A stretch of 64,000 bases of DNA from contig NC_043004.1 of the NCBI RefSeq assembly GCF_006345805.1, positions 101,556,001 to 101,620,000 on the forward strand. Direction: 5' to 3'. The first letter of the stretch is position 1, and each line of letters starts with the position of its first letter. A program made the translations under genes and the position numbers. The stretch is from Octopus sinensis (taxonomy: Eukaryota). Positions 27,950 through 39,478 of this stretch are shown piece after piece. The notes below the pieces were generated by a model, which saw only the letters and a program-made list of their open reading frames with translations, had not been told where the DNA came from and ran no database searches.

Positions 27950-28746
27950 ATAAACTGCTTAGCATTTAAACTGGCCACATCCGGCCCAAATATTCTAGTG
28001 CTTCATGTTCAAACTGTCAAGATCTAGCCTCTTACACCGACCCAACAATGTCATTCTAAAAATATACAATTACATCATTGAAATCTCAAAGCCATAATAT
28101 AATGCATTGCACCCATTGCACTCTCAGAGTGGTTGATGTTAGGAAGGGCATGCAGCAATAGAAACCATGCCAAATCAGGCTGGAGTCTGGTGCAGCCCCT
28201 CAGCTAACCAGCCCTGGTCAAACTATCCAACCCATGCCAGCATGGGCATTAAATCATGATGATGATGAATGAGAATAAATAAGCATTATATTTGACAGAG
28301 TAATCATCATCATCATCATTTAGCATCCGTTTTCCATGCTAGCATGGGTTGGAAGGTTCAACTGGGGTCTGTGAAGCCAGAAGGCTGCATCAGGCCCAGT
28401 CTGATCTGGCAGTGTTTCTATGGCTGGATGCCCTTCCTAACGCCAACCACTCCGCGAGTGTAGTGGGTGCTTTTTACGTACCACCCGCACAGGTGCCAGA
28501 CGGAGCTGGCAAACGGCCACGAACGGATGGTGCTTTTACGTGCCACCGGCACGGGGGCCAGGCGAGGCTGGCAACGGACACGAACGGATGGTGCTTTTAC
28601 GTGCCACCGGCATGGAGGCCAGCTGGGGCAGCGCTGGCAACGGCCACGAATGGATGGTGCTTTTTACGTGCCACCGGCACGAGGGCCAGGCGAGGCTGGC
28701 AACGGCCACGAACGACCATATATATAATCTGAATATTAAAGGGTTA
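27950..28746. mobile_element. TTAA-type (piggyBac-like) MITE split by two RTE-A 3'-end insertions
   Basis: Pieces match the reverse complement of 47394-47614; right end aaagggttaa; insertions at ~28125-28268 (+) and 28306-28715 (-). Confidence 0.65.
28306..28715 (-). mobile_element. RTE-A 3' end with ~4 tandem 3' UTR units
   Basis: (CAT)n tail, ggatgcccttcctaacgccaacc, repeated gtgccaccggcacg units; TSD taatc (28301-28305 / 28725-28729). Confidence 0.85.
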
Positions 28747-29334
28747 AAAGGATGACGAAGGTGAAAAAAGGAAGAGAATTATAGACACTTTGGATGCAAA
28801 GTTAATGGGTCATATTGGCTTAAATAATTCAGCAACGATAAAACTTGAGTCAAGAGAATAACTTTTTAGACTATGTATGTTTATTTTCTCCATCTAAATT
28901 AAATGTCTTTTGCAAATGTTTTGCCTTTTCATTTTTACTTTAACCTATAACTTTTTTTGTTACTATTTTGTCAGTTGAAACCATGTGGCAAGCTATGGAA
29001 CCTTACATAATGTCTATTTATATTTTTAGACAACTCCAAATAGATATTTTTCTCTTCCTTAATTTTTAAAAAATTTGTTATACATTAGTTTTATTATATG
29101 AATTTCATACACAGCTAACAGAGCAGAAATTAAAAGATCTGGCATGGGGTAATTTAGTTCATTTGAATCTTACAATACTAGCAGTAGTAGTAGTACTAGT
29201 AGTGGTGATGAGAGGGAGCATCACAAGTAAGATAAATTGAAGGTAGCTCAGGCAGAAAAGAAAAAAATATTCATAAAATGACTATATAAAAATATATATA
29301 TATATATATGAAAAATAAAATACAAAATGGGACA

Positions 29335-29760
29335 ACAAAACATCCAGATAAACGACACAAAAAAAACATGGACGGGTCATTCGAAGCCTTTTATCTTCAG
29401 TCAAGAACCGGATCATCCTCGAAATTTTGGCTGATTAATCTTGAGATTGCTCCATTCTGGCCAGCCCCAAGGAAAAACTAAGCTAAGAGCACTAGATTCC
29501 TTGGAAAAAAGCAACAAATGTATATGAAACAAAGACGGAAAAACAGACGATGTTACACGAATATAAATACAAGATACAGTAAAAAAACAATAATAATAAT
29601 AATAACTGGACATAACAACAGGCGTCTTTCGACTGGGAACGAATTGAATTCAGCCTTACAGCAGAGGGAAGAATGTCGACGTGGCAGTGACCACAGTCAA
29701 ACACAAAAGGGCTAGCAGTCGGCCAGTGGTCACGTGAGAAGAGAAGAGAGAGAATAGAAA
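29335..29760. mobile_element. Interspersed repeat, family uncertain (possibly Penelope-like)
   Basis: GC-richer block ...agtcaagaaccggatcatcctcg...ggccagccccaaggaaaaactaagc..., recalled as an octopus repeat; no diagnostic ORF. Confidence 0.4.
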
Positions 29761-29947
29761 AGTAGCTTCAATTTTCTAAGGTCGTTCTATTTTCCTCAAT
29801 TGATCAAAAGACTAATTGAGTAAATCTATCAGTATTGTACCTCTAATGACTACTGGAGACAGCTGTAAGCCACATTTACTCCAATAAAGGAAAAATATGT
29901 AATGACCATTATTTGTATCTTGTTTCTTACACACACACACACACACA

Positions 29948-30353
29948 TGAAGGGGTGCTGAAAAGTTCCTGGCTTTGGGAAAAAGAAAATAGAGGAGGAT
30001 CAGTTACTGTATTTGATGGCCTATAAGACGCACTTTTTTTTTTCCTCCCAAAAATGGCTTAAAAAATCCCCCTGCATTCAATGTACTCAATGTAGGCTCA
30101 AAACTCGTGACTGATGGTAATCTATTTTACAAAAGTATAGCCTAGGCTAGGGTGCATCCTATGCACTAGTGTCTAATAGGCCATCAAATATAGTAATTAT
30201 GATTTTATTCAACATATTTCCCTCTCAGATTCACACATTTATTGCAGTGGTTCTTCAATGTTTCTAAGCCCTGTAAAAGAACTCAGAAGATTGGGCCTCC
30301 AACCAGACCTTTCATGATATCCTTACAGCCAGGAATTTTTCAGCAACCCCTGT
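29948..30353 (-). mobile_element. Mariner internal-deletion derivative (MITE)
   Basis: TIRs gaaggggtgctgaaaagttcctggct / agccaggaatttttcagcaacccc; minus strand encodes the transposase C-terminus LQGLETLKNHCNKCVNLRGKYVE*. Confidence 0.85.
30007..30193. mobile_element. pogo/Tigger-type MITE nested in the mariner derivative
   Basis: TIRs ctgtatttgatggcctataagac / gtctaataggccatcaaatatag; TA duplicated at 30005-30006 and 30194-30195. Confidence 0.85.
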
Positions 30354-30813
30354 GTGCATATATATATATATATATATATGCCAGTGTCATGTAAAAGCAC
30401 CTGTGCAGACACAACATAACATCATCTGTGCTGGTGCCATGTAAGAGCAGCCAATACACTCTGTAAAGTGGTTGGTGTTAGGAAGGGCATCCAGCAGTAG
30501 AAACTATACCAAAACAGATGACTGGTGCCTAATGTAGCCTTATGGCTTGCCAGCTCCTATTGAACCATCCAACCCAAGCCAGCATGGAAAAACAGATGTT
30601 AAATGAAGACAATGATGATCTATATAAAGAAATGAGTATTTTCTTATTACTGACAGTTAATTTCTTAAAAGATTAGTAAATAAACTATTAAAAAAACACC
30701 CATTTCTGAGCCCTTGTCTTTATCTCTGAGGTAATAGATAAAGTCTGCTGATCAACTTCTTCACCTGTCTCAAAAGTGTAATAGCTTATTTACTAATCCT
30801 TTAGTAAATAAAA

Positions 30814-31187
30814 GTGGAGGCGCAATGGCCCAGTGGTTAGGGCAGCGGACTCGCAGTCATAGGATTGCAGTTTCGATTCCCAGACCGGGTGTTGTGAGTG
30901 TTTATTGAGCGAAAACACCTAAAAGCTCCACGAGGCTCCGGCAGGGATGGTGGTGATCCCTGCTGTACTCTTTCACCACAACTTTCTCTCACTTTTACTT
31001 CCTGTTTCTGTTGTACCAGTATTTCAAAGGGCCGGCCTTGTCACTCTCTGTGTCACGCTGAATATCCCCGAGAACTACGTTAAGAGTGCACGTGTCTGTG
31101 GAGTGCTCAGCCACTTACACGTTAATTTCACGATCGGATCAACCGGAACCCTCGTCGTCGTGACCGACGGAGTGCTTCCATTCATCC
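30814..31187 (+). mobile_element. Young tRNA-derived SINE (family C)
   Basis: Same sequence; 11-bp TSD agtaaataaaa (30803-30813 / 31188-31198); ~18-bp internal deletion relative to the other two copies. Confidence 0.92.
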
Positions 31188-31689
31188 AGTAAATAAAAAT
31201 TTGGCTGTCAATGACAGAAGTACTTTGGAATGTTATAGCTCAAAGATTATTCAGAATTAAAGTGCAATGAGATTCACTATCTAATCCAATGATGGCAATG
31301 AAATGAAATAAACTTTGTAAAATTCAACTTGACACCATCTGAATCTTTAATAAGAACATAAATAACAGCTATAAATAATGAGTTGGTTAGAAAGAGAAAT
31401 ACACTATATGACAAATAGGGAAAGAGTTAAAAAAAAAAAAAACAGTGTAAATAGGAAAGAAATATTGGGAGAGCAAGGAAAGTGGAAGGCAGATAAGTAC
31501 TGTCAGGTAAAATATATCATGTAAATATTGCAATGAATTCAAACCTATCCCGTTTTTTTCAATAACATAACCTTAAGCAAATGCCATTAAACAGCATTAA
31601 GTTATCAATCTAGTTTCAATTCATAGTCAGTGCCATTTCAGTTCAAGTAATTGAAGGGTTATAAAGTAATGTTCTTGTTTTTTAATAAT

Positions 31690-32190
31690 CATGTGGCACG
31701 TAAAAAGCACCATCCGATCGTGGCCGTTTGCCAGCCTCGCCTGGCCTCTGTGCCGGTGGCACGTAAATAGCACCATCCGATCGTGGCCGTTGCCAGCCTC
31801 ACCTGGCCTCTGTGCCGGTGGCACGTAAATAGCACCATCCGATCGTGGCTGTTTGCCAGCCTCGTCTGGCACCTGTGCCGGTGGCATGTAAAAAGCACCA
31901 TCCGATTGTGGCCGTTTGCCAGCCGTGTCTGGCACCTGTGCCGGTGGCATGTAAAAAGCACCATCCGATTGTGGCCGTTTGCCAGCCCTGTCTGGCACCT
32001 GTGCCGGTGGCATGTAAAAAGCACCCACTACACTCATAGAGTGGTTGGCGTTAGGAATGGCATCCAGCCATAGAAACACTGCCAGATCAGACTGGGCCTG
32101 GTGCAGCCTTCTGGTTTCCCAGACCCAGTTGAACCGTCCAACCCATGCCAGCATGGAAAGCGGTGCTAAACGATGATGATGATGATGATC
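31690..32190 (+). mobile_element. RTE-A 3' end with a 63-bp VNTR (5 units plus a partial)
   Basis: gtggcacgtaaaaagcacc starts at 31693, 31756, 31818, 31881, 31944 and 32007; (GAT)n tail at ~32172-32189. Confidence 0.88.
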
Positions 32191-32655
32191 TTCAAGTAGA
32201 TATAAATGGCCAAGTTGATAACACACAGGATTATTAACTAACAGGTTGTGCGTCCTATCAAGGAGGACAGGACACAAAAAAAAAGATCACAATTAAGTAA
32301 TATCTTGTAAAGGATATTCAAAGTTTACTTTTTCTTATCTCAATGCAAATAGTTATGATTGATCTAGGATCATTGCTGAACATGTAAGACTGATAGGTAT
32401 AACTATTACCAAACCAGATAGTAAGAACAGCTTCGCAGGTGCATACAAGCTCTATATAATATACTTTCCTTTTAATAACTGACACGCTTGAAAATACAAT
32501 GCTGCAGGATATCAACTTGTAACCAGTGAGTAGAAACACAATCAGTTACATTCAATTCAAAATGAAAGCCATTTTTAAAGTATGTATGTCTGTCAACATG
32601 AACAAAGAGCCAAAAAAATGTAAAACTATGAATTGTAGAGTTTATTCAAAACTGT

Positions 32656-32746
32656 GAATTCACTGTTGCTTACTCTGAGTTTCGCATTGTTATTGTTGTG
32701 AGGAATGTATATTGGGAAACTCAGAGTTGCAACTAAGTGAAACTTC
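32656..32746 (+). ncRNA. Candidate pri-miRNA hairpin
   Basis: ~35-bp imperfect stem including a perfect 12 bp ACTCTGAGTTTC/GAAACTCAGAGT, GTTGC/GCAAC and TTCACT/AGTGAA. Basal UG, apical UGU and downstream CAGC (CNNC) sit near the expected offsets. Confidence 0.5.
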
Positions 32747-33924
32747 AGCTTCAAATAAATGACAACAGAAATATAAAATAAACTTTACATTACTGGGAGT
32801 TAAGACCTGAGAGACAAACAGAGCAACTAACTTCAGAACGACTAAAACTTAAGAACCGTGAGACAGCAAACTACATAGTTATGACCCCATTGTATCATGT
32901 TGAAATCTGTAATAATTATGGTTTATGGAGATGTTTAGATAAACATTTCATAAAATTCAGTGTGTTGCCTACAGACAACAAAACACCGGCTAGTGATGTG
33001 TGGGATATGGACGACTAAGTGAAAGTCGTTATAGTTTATAGCTTCAATTGCTGTGTTACTGTGGACACTTGCGCTGTAAGTGAATATCTGAGCGATACGT
33101 TACTGGGGAGTAAAAATTAGGTAAGGTCTTTACAAAAGAGTTTAAAAACCACAGATGACGTGAGAGGGAGAAGAGCTAAGAAGTATACCTAAAGTTTAGA
33201 GCAGTGGTTCTCAGTCACAGCTCCCAGGGCTATAAGCATCCTTCTGGCAGCCCCTGATGTTCTTCCCTCTATAGATATAATAAGTTTTTCTTTAATTGAC
33301 TTGTATTTTACTTTGTTTTGGTGCAGCTCCCTAAAAAAATCCAGGTTTTGGATCCAGCCTGGATATTAAAAAGGCGGAGAATCACTGTTTTAGGGAAGAG
33401 TAGTACCAATCAATAACTATACTGAACAAGACACAATTTTAATTTGCTGTGCAAGAAATTGGGAGAGGACTTCTTCTAATAAGTTTATCACAAGGCACTG
33501 CTCTTGACTTTTACAATCCTTTCAAGACTGGTGAGATTAGTATGAATGATGCTTGGCCTGAACAACGACAGGAAGGAACTGGAGACCTGATCCAAATACT
33601 CATGTGGATTTTATTAGAGATGTCTGAGGACCATCTGGTTGTGTCAAACCAGGCAACATCTTAAGGCACATAAACTGGCAGTGTCTTAAGTGGCGGCGGG
33701 TGAGTGTTGTTGAGCTGCTGTTGTAGTGGCAGCAACAGAAGTTCAGCATTGCAACTCCAGTTGAAGTGACAAAACGGCTTCAAATGAAATTGAAATGGGA
33801 TTTGAAATAACGGAAAACTTGGCTGGCCACGAGGACTAAACCTTTGGTAAACTCGCAGCAATTTGCATTCCATTTGAAAAAATTCATTATTGGAACCAAT
33901 ATTGTTTTCGATAGGGGATATCTC

Positions 33925-34326
33925 TCTTTTACTTGTTTCAATCATTTGACTGCGGCCATGCTGGAGCACCGCCTTTAGTCGAGCAAATCGACCCCGGGAC
34001 TTATTCTTTGTAAGCCCAGTACTTATTCTATCGGTCTCTTTTACCGAACCGCTAAGTGACGGGGACGTAAACACACCAGCATCGGTTGTCAAGCAATGCT
34101 AAGGGGACAAACACAGACACACAAACATATACACACACACATATATATATATACACACATATACGACTGGCTTCTTTCAGTTTCCGTCTACCAAATCCAC
34201 TCACAAGGCATTGGTTGGCCTGGGGCTATAGCAGAAGACACTTGCCCAAGATGCCACACAGTGGGACTGAACCCGGAACCATGTGGTTGGTTAGCAAGCT
34301 ACTTACCACACAGCCACTCCTGCGCC
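33925..34326 (-). mobile_element. Family A SINE
   Basis: Full-length near-consensus copy. Confidence 0.9.
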
Positions 34327-35864
34327 TATATGCTATATTTCTTTTCTTAGATATGATCTAAAATGTTCCGGTGGATGGTAGCCACACTGAATCAGATGTA
34401 TGGGCAGTTTATGCCTTTATATGTGTCTAGTTAGCACTGAAGTATTTTTTCCACTTGGAAAAGGAAACCTAGCCTCCTCTATACAATCTGTGCGTGGTTG
34501 CTTTGAAAGGCCAGGATTGTAAGTTTAACCGACTATAGGAAGTGTAACGGTTTTTATAGCATTTTGATCATAAGTAATAATAATGTAGTGTTGAGTGTTT
34601 GCTTCCTTCAGGACTGTGTGCATACATGTGATGTGTGCGTGTAGCTTCACACTCACTAAAGAATACACACGTTCACACACACACACACTCATCAAGTAAA
34701 AGTCCTAACTACTAAAAAAGCTCTGTTTGTAAATGACACAGTCCTGCACTTCCAAGAGACATTCATCATTTAGTCTGGACAGAAGCGAAAACAATAGCGA
34801 TGTTAAGGCTGTGATAAACCCGTTCAGCACAAGTCGTGTGTGTGTGTGTACGTAACAACACGTAAAACAATGAACAAAGACCTAAATTATAAACACAAAG
34901 CGTTCAAATTTGAGAGAATGTAGGGAAGGTGGGGGGAATCAGGGTGAGGACAGAGGAAGATGATGAGACTAAGAGAAAACTGGAAGAAAGAGGTGGTATG
35001 GATTCGGTCAGTGATAAACAGAAGCAGGGAGACCCTGATTCATTCTAGGGGTAGCAGAATTGGACGACAGACCATCAAGCGATGCTCAGTCGTAGTGGTG
35101 ATGATAATGAGGGAGGTAAAGGGGGGTTGGTAGACTGTACAGTGAAAGAAGACAAAGGGGTAAAGTAATGGTGTGGCAGTGTATGATTTCGTTCTATGGG
35201 GGACTCTATTGTGAGTCATGTAAGTGGTTACGTTATGGCGAAATAGTAGTGAGATACTGATGTCTTCGGAACTAAAACCCAGAGAGCCTTGACACATGGG
35301 TTAACTAACACTACAATGATGATAATACAATTGTCCCTCAAACTAACAGTCATAGCCTTGATATGAATTAACACGAATCTGTCGTTGTCCATCGGTGTTT
35401 AAAAGATTATAGAAAAGACAAAGAATAACACTATCCGGGAGATGTAGTCGTCAAACACTACTGCAATCTACTGGAAATCCTGTTCTGCACAGAACTCACA
35501 CACCTACGTACAGACAAGTGAACACACACCCGCACTGTACTAAAACACTACTATGTGCTTAAATTATAATATACTGACACACCTTCGAACCTACACTCGT
35601 CATATCAACGTTAACACAAACCTCAATCATAGACAACTAGACACACACTGTGTGTGCCTCTCTCACACACATAGCATTCATACTTGAACATGTACAGACG
35701 TATAAACCAATATACTAAACAACGTGGTCGTTGTACGAATGACGGTTTGTTCAAGCGGTTAAGGTTCACACCCATATTCACAGATCTGTATAAGACGACA
35801 GTAACAATTTTCGAGACTATGCTATTAAATAACAGAGGTGTATGTATGTATGTGTCTGCCTGTC

Positions 35865-35918
35865 TCTATCTATCTATCTATCTATCTATCTACCTACCTA
35901 CCTACCTACCTACCTACC
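35865..35918. repeat. Compound tetranucleotide microsatellite (CTAT)n(CTAC)n
   Basis: Directly visible. Confidence 0.95.
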
Positions 35919-36135
35919 CGAAGACAGACAGAGCCCGTCAGAATAACCTTAAAAACAAAACAAAAAAACAAAAGAGATTAGCTTTTAAAAAATGAGACGA
36001 GATTAAGCCAATACGCTTCTTAGTCATTAAACTTCTAGTTCGATCTTCGACATAAGCTAATGCATTTTCCTTTCAAATTCAATTACAATGTCAGTTGATA
36101 CCGCAATTTTACACAAGGATAATGTGTGTGTGTGA

Positions 36136-36166
<31 letters not shown>

Positions 36167-37494
36167 TATATATATATATTATTAAAGCAAATTATTCACT
36201 AGTTATTCTTTTCCTGTGATTTCTCCCTATTCTGTATTGTCTTGGAGTTAGTTTCACATCGTAAAAAGAAAGAAAAAAATATATAGAAATCTTACACTAG
36301 ACATACGGCCTCAGATTTACAAAGGATTAATGCGATGATATTACATTCATGACTTGTTCTTTCTGGAGCATAAAAAACAAATAAAGTGAATATTACTGAA
36401 CATGACGACCAAAATCGTTTGAGACACGAACGCTTGGAGATCCTGGTTCGCGTCTTGTTAGTGACGTGTGTGCACGGGGTACACAAGGACCGAGACATTA
36501 ATTCAACATCACTGCCAAAATACACACCACATGAGATCGAAATATTGTGGTTAGGAGCAATGACAACTTTTATATATTTTGTTTAACTTCGAGTCAGCCC
36601 TGATCGATCTACGATCAAGTGTTTTGGGTTTGGACAGTCATGTCTTTTCAGAAAAATCAATGTGTCCTTTTTTTTTTTTTAAAGGGGGGCAAAAATCTCT
36701 GTAGGACGTGATTTAAGAAGATTTAGTGATTATTTCTAGGAGATCGAGTGACTGTACAGAGGCTTGCTTTTAAGTTTTAGTCAGATAAGGCCAAACACAT
36801 GAATCACACTGAAAAACAGGAAGAGCTATAAAAAAATAAAAAAATCCGACATTTTCATTAGGTGTTTACTGATGCATGAACACACACTATATATACATGC
36901 ATATACACACACACATATATACATATATATATATATATATATAAACAGATAGGCTATTGTGAGATGATCACAATATTGGTTTTGATCACCCGATCGAATT
37001 TGCTCGTTACCGATTCTCAATTAATCGATCGACCTTCGAAATAATCCGAATTCACACACCCACATACGTTAGTCACAAACGATTTCTTAAGGCGCACGTA
37101 ATACTCTCATGAAGTATCGTCCTTTACAGATGAGATACATACAAAGACCTTGCTAAATTAGATATACATTGACAGGCGACAGGTCATATGGACACTGACA
37201 ATCTATCATTCTCTCTATGCATCATTATAATTAGTGACACGTGCACCGATTAATTTTTCAGTATACAGACATAGAAATTAATAAGGGGGTTCAGCTTCAA
37301 AAATAATTTTCAAGCACACCGAGCGCCTGTTCGTGTGTATCGAAAGTGACCACACCTTTAACAAACTATTCAGTTTCGGACAGTGATGACCACCACCATA
37401 GAGATAGATTTATAGATAAGAGGGCGCGCGTACACACAAACTGGTATACAAGAGATAGACATAAAACAGACATGACAATCATATTTATATATAA

Positions 37495-37880
37495 CTAGCA
37501 GTATCGCCCGGCGTTAATCGGGTTTGTAAGGGAAATAACTATATAAGCATTTTTAGAGAGTTATAGCCAAAAAATAGCAAAAAAATGGGAAAAAAATGAT
37601 GGTAATTTTTTTTTTAATCGTTGACTCGTAGACATTTTTAGAGAGTTACTTCCCTATATAATAGCGAAAAAATGCATTAAAAATGGGAAAAAATGATGGT
37701 AAATTTTTTTTTTATTGTAGACTCATCGTAGACGCACGCTAATACCCAGAAGGGCTCGATATGAATCACGACTATAAGATACCTGGTTTTGGTTAAACTG
37801 CACCGCAAAATGTGGGAGTAGTTAGGAATCTAAATCGTAGGAGACAGACACTCACACAACCTCACTTTTATATATAAAGA
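37495..37880 (-). mobile_element. Non-autonomous Helitron (family H1)
   Basis: Minus: A|TCTTTATATATAAAAG...CCCG..CGCCGGG hairpin..CTAG|T; second copy at 46667-47065. Confidence 0.88.
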
Positions 37881-38021
37881 TTAGAGACACCCAGAGCCTT
37901 ACACACAGAAATAAATACTTAATTACGTCCTTACAAAGAAAAGATCGCAATTTTATAAATACAGACATTCTTATTATTTAACATTTTTGGTCTTAATCAA
38001 ATGACAACAATAAAATCTTAC

Positions 38022-38340
38022 CTTAGTTTTTATGAAAACTTTCTGACAGAAACAGTAATTAGTAAATACAAAGAGGGAAGGAGAGAATTTTCAATAATCT
38101 CCTGGAGCACCGGCAGCTATTTTTTTTTGTTATTTTCAAAAATCTGAATGTTTTGTTTTTAAATTATCATAACAACTGTGATTAGTTATCCTTCTTTTTC
38201 TCGTTGTTTGATTGATTATAGCTGTTGTTTCCCTGTAAACGTCTGGCTTCTCTAAATGTTGCCTTGCCCTCGACGACCACCTGCTCCGCTTTAATTTCGA
38301 CTTGACATCAAAACCGAACAAAACTCCACTCAAATTGCCT
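38022..38340 (-). other. Probable non-coding first exon (5' UTR) of the myosin RLC gene
   Basis: Consensus donor AAG|GTAAGA at 38022/38021 on minus, in unique CpG-containing sequence just downstream of an NRF1-like motif. The RLC coding exon has an acceptor 4 nt before its ATG, so an upstream exon is required. The TSS position is approximate and the link is inferred. Confidence 0.55.
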
Positions 38341-38404
38341 ACCCACGCATGCGCAACGCACCAAAAAGTAATTCGCTCTTCCGTGTGTTGAGAGAGAAAT
38401 TGTT

Positions 38405-39170
38405 TTTTCTCTCTCCCCCTCTCTCTCTGACTCTATCTCTTTCTATTTCTCTCTCTCCCCTTCTCTCTCTGACTCATCTGTTTCTATTTCTCTCTCTCCT
38501 CTTCTGTCTTTGACTCTATCTGTTTCTATCTCTCTCTCTCCCCTTCTCTCTTTGATTCTATCTGTTTCTATTTCTCTCTCTTCCCTTCTCTCTCTTCCAC
38601 TCCTTTCTATTTCTCTCTCTCCCCTTCTCTCTTTGACTCTATCTGTTTCTATTTCTCTCTTTCACTCTATCTGTTTCTATTTCTCTCTCTCCCCTTCTCT
38701 CTTTCACTCTATCTGTTTCTATTTCTCTCTCTCCCCTTCTCTCTTTCACTCTATCTGTTTCTATTTCTCTCTCTCTCCCCCTCTGTCTCTGACTCTATCT
38801 GTTTCTATTTCTCTCTCTCCCCTTCTCTCTTTTATTCTATCTCTTTCTATTTCTCTCTCTCCCCTTCTCTCTTTGACTTTATCTGTTTCTATTTCTCTCT
38901 CTCCCCTTCTCTCTTTCACTCTATCTGTTTCTATTTCTCTCTCTCCCCTTCTCTCTTTCACTCTATCTGTTTCTATTTCTCTCTCCCCCTCTCTGTCTCT
39001 GACTTTATCTGTTTCTATTTCTCTCTCTCCCCTTCTCTCTTTTACTCTATCTCTTTCTATTCTCTCTCTCCCTTTCTCTGTCTCTGACTCTATCTGTTTC
39101 TATTTCTCTCTCTCCCCTTCTCTCTTTTACTCTATTTCTTTCTATTTCTCTCTCTCCCTTTCCGTTTTCT
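38405..39170. repeat. CT/GA-rich minisatellite, ~42-bp unit, ~18 copies
   Basis: Unit ctatttctctctctccccttctctctttcactctatctgttt (e.g. starts at 38677 and 38719). Confidence 0.95.
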
Positions 39171-39274
39171 CTCCGCGCCCCTCACTTTTTCTGTTTTTTC
39201 TTTATTTTGTTCCCTTCTTTCTTTCAAACTTCTTTCTTTTCCTCTATTTCTCATTTGGTTTCCCCCTCTAGCTA

Positions 39275-39478
39275 TTTCTCTCTCTCTCTCTCTCGCATTC
39301 TAATTTTACAACACCCTCTCTATCTATGAGTTTCTTTCTCTGTTATCTTTTCTCTCTCTCTCTTTCCCTCCCTATAATTCTAATTTTACAACACCCTCTC
39401 TATCTTTGAGTTTCTTTCTCTTATCTTTTCTCTCTCTCTCTCCCTCCCTATAATTCTAATTTAACCACACCCTCTCAG
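39275..39478. repeat. 76-80 bp tandem unit x~2.5
   Basis: attctaattt(t)a...caccctctc recurs at ~39297, ~39377 and ~39453. Confidence 0.85.

Noticed and set aside
29369-29415. Hammerhead-like CTGAAGA...GAAT...GTC on minus
   Set aside because: GAAA core broken and stem I does not pair.
31693-32025. CRISPR-like appearance of regular repeats
   Set aside because: Head-to-tail units with no unique spacers, no cas genes, eukaryotic LINE 3' UTR context.
32992-33093. C/D box snoRNA-like pattern (GTGATGT ... CTGA, short GCT/AGC stem)
   Set aside because: Imperfect C box, no recognisable rRNA/snRNA guide, antisense to the host intron; exon interpretation preferred. An Infernal/snoScan hit would revive it.
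33202-33370. hAT MITE starting CAGTGGTTCTCA
   Set aside because: No matching right TIR or TSD found.
36292-36586. Overlapping 77-aa and 66-aa ORFs in unique CpG-rich sequence
   Set aside because: No homology recognised; more likely regulatory or UTR sequence.
38510-39271. 253-aa S/L-rich ORF (and the antisense KERRGERE ORF)
   Set aside because: Translation of the 42-bp CT minisatellite; no start context or splice signals.
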